Source of the DNA: Candidatus Latescibacterota bacterium
GTDB taxonomy: Bacteria > Latescibacterota > UBA2968 > GCA-2709665
Length of the DNA: 64,000 bases
Reading direction: 5' to 3'
Assembly: GCA_965203805.1 (NCBI GenBank)
Contig: OZ241917.1
Span: 288,001-352,000 of the forward strand
Program-made: the position numbers and the translations under genes
The notes under the pieces: model-generated
What the model was told of the DNA's origin: nothing
Databases searched by the model: none
What the model saw: only the letters and a program-made list of their open reading frames with translations
In this document: positions 38,799 to 47,554 of the stretch, one piece after another
How the letters are laid out: each line of letters begins with the position of its first letter
Position numbering within the stretch: the first letter of the stretch is position 1

Positions 38799-41468
38799 GT
38801 GCTTGAGAAAAAGTACGATCCGGGGTCGGTGGAAGCGACCTGGTACGCCTTCTGGGAAGAGAAGGGCTATTTCAGGCCGGAATACCAGGCAGACGGAAAG
38901 GCCTTTGCCATCACAATTCCGCCGCCGAATGTCACGGGAGAGCTACACATGGGGCACGCGCTGCAGCATGCGATACACGATGCCGTGGTGCGTTGGAAGC
39001 GGATGCAGGGTTATCGGACGCTCTGCCTGCCCGGCACCGACCACGCCGGAATTGGCACCCAGATGAAGGTGGAACAGCAGCTTTTCGCGGAGGAAGGAAA
39101 AGGGCGCCACGATGTTGGCCGGGAAGAGATGTTAAAACGAATCGTCGCCTGGAAACAGCAATACGGGGGAACCATACTCAATCAGCTCCGGGAGATGGGT
39201 TGCAGCTACGATTGGGATCGCGAACGGTATACCATGGACCGCAGTTACGCCCGGTCGGTTTTGTCGGCTTTCGTGAGATTTTACGAACGGGGATGGGTAT
39301 ACCGCGGCAGGCGGATGGTAAACTGGTGCCCGAGTTGCGGCACGGTCATATCTGATCTGGAGGTGGAAGAGCGGGAACACGAGGGACACCTGTGGCATAT
39401 TCGCTATCCGGGTCTTGATGGGGGGCCGGACGTGGTCGTCGCCACGACGCGACCTGAGACGATGCTGGGAGACACGGGTGTGGCGGTGCATCCGGAAGAC
39501 CGGCGCTGGCAGCGGGCGATCGGCGAACGCGTCGTTCTGCCGCTCATGGACCGCCCCATCCCCATCGTGGCCGATCGGTACGCGGACCCGGAGATGGGCA
39601 GCGGTGCGGTAAAGGTGACGCCCGCGCACGACCCCAATGACTACGAAATCGGGCTGCGGCACGGGTTGCCCGAGATCCAGGTGATCGGATTCAAGGGAGA
39701 GATGACCGGTGAGGCGGGGGCGTACGGCGGCATGGACCGGTTCACCTGCCGAAACGCGGTGATTGCCGACCTGAAGGAATCGGGACTGCTTGAACGCATA
39801 GAGGATTATGAACACATGGTACCGCACCACGACAGGTGTGGCACGTCTATCGAGCCGCTGCCGATGGACCAGTGGTTTCTGGCTATGAGGTCCCTTGCGG
39901 ATCAGGCGCTGCCCGCTTTGAAGAAGCGGGAAATCAGATACGTACCGGATCGATTCCGGGAGTATTCCGTTGAGTGGCTGGAAAACATCCAGGACTGGTG
40001 CATCTCCCGTCAGATCTGGTGGGGACACCGGCTCCCCGTGTGGACCTGCGAGGGGTGCGGAAAAATGCTGGTTCGGGAGGACGCGCCCGATTTCTGCGAT
40101 GCCTGCGGGAGCCGGGATCTCACACAGGATCCGGACGTTCTGGACACCTGGTTCTCGTCGGCCCTGTGGCCCTTCGCCACGCTGGGGTGGCCCGAGCAGA
40201 CTGAGGACCTGAAGGCGTTTCATCCAACCGACCTGATGATCACGGGCAGGGATATTCTCTACCTCTGGGTCGCGAGAATGATCATGACAGCCGTCGAGTT
40301 TGTGGACGAGATTCCATTCGGGACCGTACTTGTGCATCCGACCGTCCAGACGCGTGACGGGAAACGAATGAGCAAGTCGCTGGGTACCGGAATCGATCCC
40401 AGGGAGCTGATCGACCGGTACGGTGCGGACGCCACGCGTCTTTCACTGCTTTACCAGTGCGGCAGTTCGCAGGACATCCGGTTCGACGCCGACGTCGTCG
40501 ACAACCATTTGCAGGATTCTCCGATCACGGAATCCTGCAGGAATTTCTGCAACAAGATCTGGAATGCCGCGCGGTTCGTGCAGATGAACCTGGAGGATGG
40601 CGACGTCCTGCCGGCGTCGCCGCATGTGGACCCGTTCGACTCCGCGGACCGATGGATACTCAGCCAGTACAACCGCACCGTGCGCGCGGTGACCGGATCA
40701 CTCGCGGACTACCGCTTTGACGAAGCATCCAGAACCCTGTACGAGTTCGTCTGGAACGCGTTTTGTGACTGGTACCTGGAAATCGCCAAGGTGCGGTTGA
40801 ATGCCGTCGACCCGGAAGCGGGAACGGCCGCGCGCCGTGCGCTGGTCCACGTACTGGAGGGCTCCCTGCGTCTGCTTCATCCGATGGCGCCGTTTATCTC
40901 CGAGGCGCTGTGGCAGCAACTTCCCCGTTCCGGGGAAGCGCTGATTGTCGCGAAGTGGCCGGAGGCGGACCTGGGACGTTTCGACGAGACTGCGGAACGG
41001 GAGATGGCGCTATTGCAGGAGGTGGTGGGTGCAGTCAGGAATATTCGGGGTACGATGCGCGTGCCCCCAGGCAGGCGCGCCGACGTCCATTTGAAGGTGA
41101 ATTCGGTCGAGGTTGCGAACATCCTGAGCCGGTTCGAGGTCTACCTTGGCGCGCTTGCGAGGGTAGCGGACCTTCGCATCGGCGCCGATATCGCCCGGCC
41201 GCCGGCGTCCGCCAGCGCCGTGTTGAAGGATGTCGAGATCTTCGTGCCGTTGCAGGGGCTGATCGATCTCGACCTGGAGCGTCAGCGTCTGAAGAAGGAA
41301 ATCGAAAAGCTGGAGGCGTTGCTGGGCGGGCTGGACCGGAAGCTCAGTAACGCGGGTTTTCTGAACAATGCGCCCTCCGAGGTGGTCTCGAAGGAAAAGG
41401 GACGCCACGCACAGTACCGCAGTGCACTCGGCAGGCTGAACGAGAACCTGGAAGCGGTGACGTCGTGA
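38799..41468 (+). CDS. valS: Valyl-tRNA synthetase
   Basis: PPPNVTGELHMGHA, DHAGI, ATTRPET, WCISRQIWWGH, RMSKS, C-terminal coiled coil. GTG start at 38799 (alternative 38766). Confidence 0.97.
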   Translation: MLEKKYDPGSVEATWYAFWEEKGYFRPEYQADGKAFAITIPPPNVTGELHMGHALQHAIHDAVVRWKRMQGYRTLCLPGTDHAGIGTQMKVEQQLFAEEGKGRHDVGREEMLKRIVAWKQQYGGTILNQLREMGCSYDWDRERYTMDRSYARSVLSAFVRFYERGWVYRGRRMVNWCPSCGTVISDLEVEEREHEGHLWHIRYPGLDGGPDVVVATTRPETMLGDTGVAVHPEDRRWQRAIGERVVLPLMDRPIPIVADRYADPEMGSGAVKVTPAHDPNDYEIGLRHGLPEIQVIGFKGEMTGEAGAYGGMDRFTCRNAVIADLKESGLLERIEDYEHMVPHHDRCGTSIEPLPMDQWFLAMRSLADQALPALKKREIRYVPDRFREYSVEWLENIQDWCISRQIWWGHRLPVWTCEGCGKMLVREDAPDFCDACGSRDLTQDPDVLDTWFSSALWPFATLGWPEQTEDLKAFHPTDLMITGRDILYLWVARMIMTAVEFVDEIPFGTVLVHPTVQTRDGKRMSKSLGTGIDPRELIDRYGADATRLSLLYQCGSSQDIRFDADVVDNHLQDSPITESCRNFCNKIWNAARFVQMNLEDGDVLPASPHVDPFDSADRWILSQYNRTVRAVTGSLADYRFDEASRTLYEFVWNAFCDWYLEIAKVRLNAVDPEAGTAARRALVHVLEGSLRLLHPMAPFISEALWQQLPRSGEALIVAKWPEADLGRFDETAEREMALLQEVVGAVRNIRGTMRVPPGRRADVHLKVNSVEVANILSRFEVYLGALARVADLRIGADIARPPASASAVLKDVEIFVPLQGLIDLDLERQRLKKEIEKLEALLGGLDRKLSNAGFLNNAPSEVVSKEKGRHAQYRSALGRLNENLEAVTS

Positions 41469-41591
41469 AATGCTCGTATCCGGGTACGAGCGGGCTGCAG
41501 GCAATCGCCTGTTGCGATATTCCCGGCGCCCCGTCGGAAGTACGGGATATCGGCTGAACCCTCGGCCTGATTCAGATTGGAAGTCTGCAAC

Positions 41592-43745
41592 ATGATAAAA
41601 TTCTATGTGCGACGCATCTTCCTCTACTGCGGGTTCTGCGTGCTGGTGTACGCGGGCGTGGCGGGAGGGGTGGTACTGCGATTCAAGGACGAGTTGCCGT
41701 CGTTTGCGCAACTGGAGGAGGTTGAGCCCGCGCGAACCACGAGCATCATATCCGCCGACGGAGCGGTGCTGAAGCGGTTCTGGGTCGAGAATCGGGTGCC
41801 GATCACGTACGACCGGATTCCGGATACCGCAATATGGGCGCTGACCGCGACGGAGGATCAGCTCTACTGGCGTCATTGGGGCGTGAGCCTGCCCGATATT
41901 TTTCGCGCCGTATTGCGTAACCTGACGCAGGAAGGCAGTCTGAAGGGCCACGGCGCCAGCACAATTACGCAGCAGCTCGCCCGGAACCTGTTTCTGGATC
42001 AGAAACAGACATGGACGCGGAAGGTAAAGGAGCAGTTGACGGCCGTGCTGCTCGAACGGACGTACACGAAACAGGAAATCATCGAGATATATTTCAACAA
42101 GGTCCTGTTCGGCAACGGCGCGTACGGACTTCAGTCCGCGGCGGCGCGGTTCTTCGGCAAAGACGCGTCGGAACTGTCGCTGGATGAGTCGGCGCTGCTG
42201 GTCGGACTGCTCAGGGGACCCTACTTCTATTCACCGATCAACCATCCGCAACGCGCCATAGATCGCCGCGACCTCGTACTTCGTCTGATGCGAAACACGG
42301 GCAGAATCACTCAGGACCAATACCTGTCCGCCACGCGTCTGCCCATTGCCTTGAAGGATACCGCGGATGAAGAGCTCGGCGAAGCGCCGTATTTCACGGA
42401 GTACATTCGCCGGTACCTGGAGAACAACTACGGCTGGAATCTCCTGTACAAGGACGGCGCGTCGGTGCATACGACGGTGGACAGTCGAATGCAGTCCATT
42501 GCCGAGGAGATCCTGTTGAGCCACCTTGAGACGGTGCAGAAACGGGTGGATGCGAAACGCCGGCGGAGCCCGCCGGATTCGACGATCTGGGCGGGAATCA
42601 ATACGCGGGAAGACTCGCTGAGGGCCACGGTGGTACAGGGCGCGCTGATCGCTCTGGACACCCGCACGGGCCATATTCTGGCGATGGTGGGCGGCCGCGA
42701 CTTCACCGAGACCAAGTTCAACCGGGCCGTTCAGGCGCTGCGTCAGCCGGGATCGGCATTCAAGCCGATCATCTATGCATCGGCAATCGACCGCAAGATC
42801 CCGCCCACGCGCCGGTATCCGGATACGGCCGTTACCGTGGAAATGTACGACGGCAGCTTGTGGCGGCCCCAGAACTACGATCGGAAGTTCCTGGGCTGGA
42901 TGACCATGCGGGAAGGTCTCGCCATGTCCCGGAACGTGGTGACAACGAAAATTCTGGAGGAGATCGGGCCGCGGACCGCGGTGCGGCTGGCGAGGCGGAT
43001 GGGGATTACCAGCAGGATTCGGGCGGTGAAGTCTCTGGGCATGGGCACGAGTGAAGTGAAATTGATCGACCTCGTATCGGCATACGGGACGTTGCCCAAC
43101 GGCGGCATCCTGGTGGAACCGGTCGCCATTCTGAAGATCTCGGACAAGGACGGCAATGTTGTCGAAAGCCGGGTTCAGGGTAATGAGCACGAGGCGCTCA
43201 GTGCGGAGGCGGCCGCCGTTGCGACGAGCCTGCTCCGGTCCGTCATGGATATGTACAAGCGGACGCCAAAGGGAACCTGGCGCGGCACGGGCACAGGCGC
43301 CCGATCATACTACGGGTTTCGGCGGCCGGCGGCCGGAAAGACGGGTACCACACAGAACTTCGCGGACACGTGGTTCGTGGGCTTTACGCCGCAGATCGTG
43401 GCCGGCGTGTGGATAGGCTTCGACGATTATCGGGTTTCTCTCGGAAGCCGGATGTCGGGCGCGGTCGTGGCGTTGCCGGTATGGGCGAAATTCATGAATA
43501 AAGTACATCGCGCACTCAATTTGCCCGAGGAAGATTTCGCGCTGCCGCCGGATGTCGCCCAACTTGAGGTATGCGGCGATACCTATGAGGTGGCATCCAT
43601 ATACTGTCCGACGCGATTCGAGGAAGTCTTCGTGCCGGGCGCCGAACCGAAGTCTCCCTGTCCGGACCATACAGCGGCCGTCGTCCGGCAGCCCGACCTC
43701 CAGAAACAGGATCGGGAGAACGCGAAACGGGCGTATCAGTTTTAG
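41592..43745 (+). CDS. Class A penicillin-binding protein (PBP1A family)
   Basis: Transglycosylase TED, GASTITQQLARN, RKVKE; transpeptidase SAFK, SRN, KTG. Confidence 0.95.
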   Translation: MIKFYVRRIFLYCGFCVLVYAGVAGGVVLRFKDELPSFAQLEEVEPARTTSIISADGAVLKRFWVENRVPITYDRIPDTAIWALTATEDQLYWRHWGVSLPDIFRAVLRNLTQEGSLKGHGASTITQQLARNLFLDQKQTWTRKVKEQLTAVLLERTYTKQEIIEIYFNKVLFGNGAYGLQSAAARFFGKDASELSLDESALLVGLLRGPYFYSPINHPQRAIDRRDLVLRLMRNTGRITQDQYLSATRLPIALKDTADEELGEAPYFTEYIRRYLENNYGWNLLYKDGASVHTTVDSRMQSIAEEILLSHLETVQKRVDAKRRRSPPDSTIWAGINTREDSLRATVVQGALIALDTRTGHILAMVGGRDFTETKFNRAVQALRQPGSAFKPIIYASAIDRKIPPTRRYPDTAVTVEMYDGSLWRPQNYDRKFLGWMTMREGLAMSRNVVTTKILEEIGPRTAVRLARRMGITSRIRAVKSLGMGTSEVKLIDLVSAYGTLPNGGILVEPVAILKISDKDGNVVESRVQGNEHEALSAEAAAVATSLLRSVMDMYKRTPKGTWRGTGTGARSYYGFRRPAAGKTGTTQNFADTWFVGFTPQIVAGVWIGFDDYRVSLGSRMSGAVVALPVWAKFMNKVHRALNLPEEDFALPPDVAQLEVCGDTYEVASIYCPTRFEEVFVPGAEPKSPCPDHTAAVVRQPDLQKQDRENAKRAYQF

Positions 43746-43779
43746 TACCCCTGACGGCAGTGACCACTCAAACATGTCA

Positions 43780-43836
43780 CGGAGGCATCACAAAAAGCCC
43801 GGCGATATTCTCGCCGGGCTTTTTGTGATGCCTCCG
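43780..43836. terminator. Bidirectional terminator / long perfect inverted repeat between PBP1A and secDF
   Basis: 26-bp perfect arms CGGAGGCATCACAAAAAGCCCGGCGA / TCGCCGGGCTTTTTGTGATGCCTCCG with a 5-nt loop. Confidence 0.88.
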
Positions 43837-43846
43837 GGTTGCCGTG

Positions 43847-46405
43847 TTATGCGCGCGCGCGCGCCCGGCGGGAGGTCGCGGCTGCAGCCTCCTTGCGGCG
43901 ATCCGCCGCATTCTGCCAGACCAGCACGAGAGGACTGGCCACGAACGACGAGGAGTAGGTTCCCACGATGACCCCGATCATCAGTGCAAACGCAAAATCC
44001 CGAATGACCTCTCCGCCCAGGAGGAGCAGGCCCAGGACGACGAGCAGCGTTGTGCCTGAGGTCAGAACGGTACGATTGAGGCTTTCGTTGATACTCCGGT
44101 TGATGACCTCTTTCGAACTGTCTCGCCGGTAGAGCTTTCGATTTTCGCGAATGCGGTCGTACACCACGATGGTGTCGTTCAACGAATACCCGACGATCGT
44201 GAGCAGGGCGGCCACGATGGCGAGAGAGATCTCTTTGTCCATCAGGGAAAAAACGCCCAGCGTGATCAGCACGTCGTGAAATAGCGCCACGACAGCGGCG
44301 ATGCCGAACTGAATCTGCTTGAAGCGCCACCAGATGTAGAACACAATCAGAACCAGAGAGACGAGAATCGCATTGACCGCGTTCTGCTTCAGTTCGCTGC
44401 CGATCTTGGGCCCGACGGCCTCCTGGCGCCTCAGCCATTGCGCGGGATCGGGAATACTGGACGCGAATTCCGTCTTGAGCGTGTTCTTTATGGCGTCCGC
44501 CGTGGCGGTCCCTTCCGCTTCTTCCTCGACGCGAATCAGAATATCGGAAGCAGGTCCGAAGACCTTTATTTCGCTGTGTCTCAGGTCGCGTCTTTCGCCC
44601 TTCACGTCAACGTCTTCAAGGGAATCCCGCAGGTTGGCGACTTGCACCGGAGGATCGAAGTGCAACTCCAGCAGTGTGCCCCCAGCGAAGTCGATGCCCA
44701 GGTTGTAGCCGCCCCTGGTAATCGTGGAACCCAGACCGACCAGGATAACAAACACCGATAGCACGAACGCGGGCTTGCGCAGACTGAGAAAGTCGAATGA
44801 CGGGCGGCGGAATATGGTCATTCTGCCGATACTGATGGAGCTGAGTTGCCAGCGATTGATCGCGATATTGAAAAGGGTCCGTGTGACGAACAGCGCGGTG
44901 TACATGCTGCAGAGGATACCGACCATGAGCGTCAGCGCGAAGCCCCGGATCGGACCCGTTCCGAACTGGTAAAGCACAACTGCGGTGATTACCGTGGTAA
45001 TATTGGCGTCGACGATCGTAAGCAGCGCCCGGCCGTACCCGTCTTCGACGGCGACGCGAAGGGTCTTGCCGTTGCGCAGTTCCTCGCGGATTCGCTCGAA
45101 AATGAGCACGTTGGCGTCGACGGCCATGCCGATCGTGAGGATAATCCCGGCGATTCCGGGAAGGGTGAGCGTGCCGCCGAACCCGGCCAGGATCGCCATC
45201 ACAAACACGAGATTCAGGAATAACGCAAAATTGGCCACGAGCCCGGAAAGGCCGTAGTAGAGAACCATAAATACCATGACGATGGCCAGTCCGATCAGCG
45301 CGGCCTTACGTCCCTGCTCGATGGAGTCCCTTCCCAGAGAAGGGCCGACCGTCCGGTCTTCTACAATCGGCGCGTTGGCCGGCAGGGCCCCTGCCCGCAG
45401 CACGATAGCCAGATCCTTTGCCTCCTCCAGGTCGCCGCTGCCTTCGATAATGGACCGCCCATCACGGATCTTCGCGCGAATGGTGGGCGCCGAGTAGATC
45501 TGGTCGTCGAGAATGATGGCCATGCGTTCTTCGAGGTGGGCCCCGGTCACACGGGAGAAGAGCTTGATGCCGTCGTTCGTTGTGGTAAAGTTGATAATGG
45601 GCTGACCCGCATTCTCAAAACTCTGACCCTTTGTGACCTTGGCATCCTGGACGATTTCGCCGGTCATTTCAATGCGTTTATACAGATAATAAAGCCGCCG
45701 GTACTTCTGGCCGTCTCCGAGTTCCTCCACTTCATTCCCCCACAGGAACTGGGTATCGCCGGGGATGAGTCCCACGACTTCCGGATCTTCAAACAGAAGT
45801 GCTTTTACCGTCTGTATTCTGTCGGCGGGAACGATCAGATCTTCGCCGAGCGAGAGCACGTACCGCTTGATTGAGGGTTTTTCATCGGCGGCGTCCTCTT
45901 CAAAGAGGCCGGCCGCGTCCTTTCTCGTGGTGTCTTCCCCGGCGCGTGCGGCCAGGCGCGTTTCGATTCTGTCGAGTAGGCCGAAGCGGTCGGGTACCGG
46001 CGCGAGGATCTTGAATTCGAGGCGAGCCTGCGTCTGTATGAGATTCTTGGCACGCTCCACGTCCTGTACGCCGGGCAGTTCGACCACGATACGCCACTCG
46101 CCTTCTCTATGGATAATGGGTTCGGCCACGCCGAACTGATCCACCCGGTTGGTGATGATTTCCTTCACGCGGTCCACAACGTCCGCCCGTTCATCTTCCG
46201 AGAGACCGGTGGGGTCCACTTCGAGAACCAGATGGATACCGCCCTGGAGGTCCAGCCCCAGGTTGACGGCTTCCCGTTTGACGGCTTCAAGTCTATCAGG
46301 GTCCACCGGCGGATCGAAATAATACCGGTACGTCGGAAAGAGGTAGTACAGGGCCAGCAGGATGGATGCAAGGATAATCAGGATTCGGACGTTATCTCTT
46401 TTCAT
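43847..46405 (-). CDS. secDF: Protein translocase subunit SecDF (fused)
   Basis: LGLDLQGG, GVAEP, LRAGALP, GMAVDANVLIFERIREE, GIDFAGG, GYSLNDTIVVYDRIRE. Confidence 0.96.
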   Translation of the reverse strand: MKRDNVRILIILASILLALYYLFPTYRYYFDPPVDPDRLEAVKREAVNLGLDLQGGIHLVLEVDPTGLSEDERADVVDRVKEIITNRVDQFGVAEPIIHREGEWRIVVELPGVQDVERAKNLIQTQARLEFKILAPVPDRFGLLDRIETRLAARAGEDTTRKDAAGLFEEDAADEKPSIKRYVLSLGEDLIVPADRIQTVKALLFEDPEVVGLIPGDTQFLWGNEVEELGDGQKYRRLYYLYKRIEMTGEIVQDAKVTKGQSFENAGQPIINFTTTNDGIKLFSRVTGAHLEERMAIILDDQIYSAPTIRAKIRDGRSIIEGSGDLEEAKDLAIVLRAGALPANAPIVEDRTVGPSLGRDSIEQGRKAALIGLAIVMVFMVLYYGLSGLVANFALFLNLVFVMAILAGFGGTLTLPGIAGIILTIGMAVDANVLIFERIREELRNGKTLRVAVEDGYGRALLTIVDANITTVITAVVLYQFGTGPIRGFALTLMVGILCSMYTALFVTRTLFNIAINRWQLSSISIGRMTIFRRPSFDFLSLRKPAFVLSVFVILVGLGSTITRGGYNLGIDFAGGTLLELHFDPPVQVANLRDSLEDVDVKGERRDLRHSEIKVFGPASDILIRVEEEAEGTATADAIKNTLKTEFASSIPDPAQWLRRQEAVGPKIGSELKQNAVNAILVSLVLIVFYIWWRFKQIQFGIAAVVALFHDVLITLGVFSLMDKEISLAIVAALLTIVGYSLNDTIVVYDRIRENRKLYRRDSSKEVINRSINESLNRTVLTSGTTLLVVLGLLLLGGEVIRDFAFALMIGVIVGTYSSSFVASPLVLVWQNAADRRKEAAAATSRRARARA

Positions 46406-46481
46406 TTTTGGGTCTTGACTCCTGTAAACGCGACGGATCCGGGATTGGAACGGCGCCGGTCGCCTCTGGGGTCGCGTCGAC

Positions 46482-47447
46482 CTACTTGTGTCGATCGACC
46501 ACGTGTCTTACGGCGAGTTCCAATGCATTTCGGGCGTCCGACGAATTCAGTTCGGCCAGGCTCTTCAGGCCGGAGGAGGCATACTGCCGCGCTTCCCGGC
46601 GGGCGGCTTCGAAACCGTCGTAACGCCTTACGAAGTGGAAGACTTCCTGGAGTTCGGCATCGGATTGAATGCCGTTGCGCACTTTTTTCTGAATCTGTTC
46701 GGCGTCGCCGTTGGGGCAATTGGCCAGCGCGCGAATCAGTGGCAACGTCAGTTTTTTCTCACGTACGTCCGTGCCCACCGGCTTTCCCAGAGACGCTTCG
46801 TCCCCGATAAAGTCCAGCAGATCGTCGGTAATCTGGAAGGCGATTCCCACTTCCTTGCCAAACGCGGACATCCGCGAGACCTGCTCGGGTGTGCCGCCTC
46901 CCAATATGGCGCCAACCTCGCAGGCCAATGCCATCAGCGATGCCGTCTTCTTGTCGATCATGTTGAAATAACGCGCCGCTTCAGCGTCGTTTCCGCTCTC
47001 CTCCTCCAGTATCTCACCCTCGATCATCCGGCTGACTGCGCGTGTGGCGGCTCGCATGACCTCCATGGAATCGAGACCGACCAGCAGCTGTAGTGCCCTG
47101 GCCAGCAGGAAGTCTCCCATCAGAACGGCCGCTTTATTGCCCCATCTCAGGTTGAGGACCTCCGCGCCCCGGCGTTTGTCGGCAAGGTCGATCACGTCAT
47201 CGTGGATAAGCGTCGCCGTGTGGATGATTTCAATGCCCGCGGCGGCATCCACCACCCTGTCGGAACATTGTCCGATAGCCTGTGCGGTAAGTAGAGAAAG
47301 AGCCGGACGAATGATTTTGCCCTTGGTCGTCAGTATGTGGCTGCCCATGGCCTGAACCAGATTGACATCGGAGGCCAGCGTCTCCGTGAATCGCATTTCG
47401 AAACGCCGGATCTGTGGCTGAATGGGCTTAAGAATCTGATCTAACAT
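46482..47447 (-). CDS. Polyprenyl diphosphate synthase (IspB/HepT type)
   Basis: GKIIRP, LIHDDVID, GDFL, KTA, FQITDDLLD, GKPVGTD. Confidence 0.92.
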   Translation of the reverse strand: MLDQILKPIQPQIRRFEMRFTETLASDVNLVQAMGSHILTTKGKIIRPALSLLTAQAIGQCSDRVVDAAAGIEIIHTATLIHDDVIDLADKRRGAEVLNLRWGNKAAVLMGDFLLARALQLLVGLDSMEVMRAATRAVSRMIEGEILEEESGNDAEAARYFNMIDKKTASLMALACEVGAILGGGTPEQVSRMSAFGKEVGIAFQITDDLLDFIGDEASLGKPVGTDVREKKLTLPLIRALANCPNGDAEQIQKKVRNGIQSDAELQEVFHFVRRYDGFEAARREARQYASSGLKSLAELNSSDARNALELAVRHVVDRHK

Positions 47448-47525
47448 AGGGCTTCAGGACGGCGGTTCGCGAACCGGAAATCAACCTTCGGATGCTGACG
47501 TTGAAAGATTGGGATAAGACCTTTC

Positions 47526-47554
47526 AACCTAACAAAAACGAGTGTATTTGTCAA
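47526..47554 (-). promoter_or_regulatory. Putative sigma70 promoter for polyprenyl synthase-secDF
   Basis: Minus strand TTGACA-17 bp-TAGGTT with extended TG; the -35 overlaps the upstream stop codon. Confidence 0.55.
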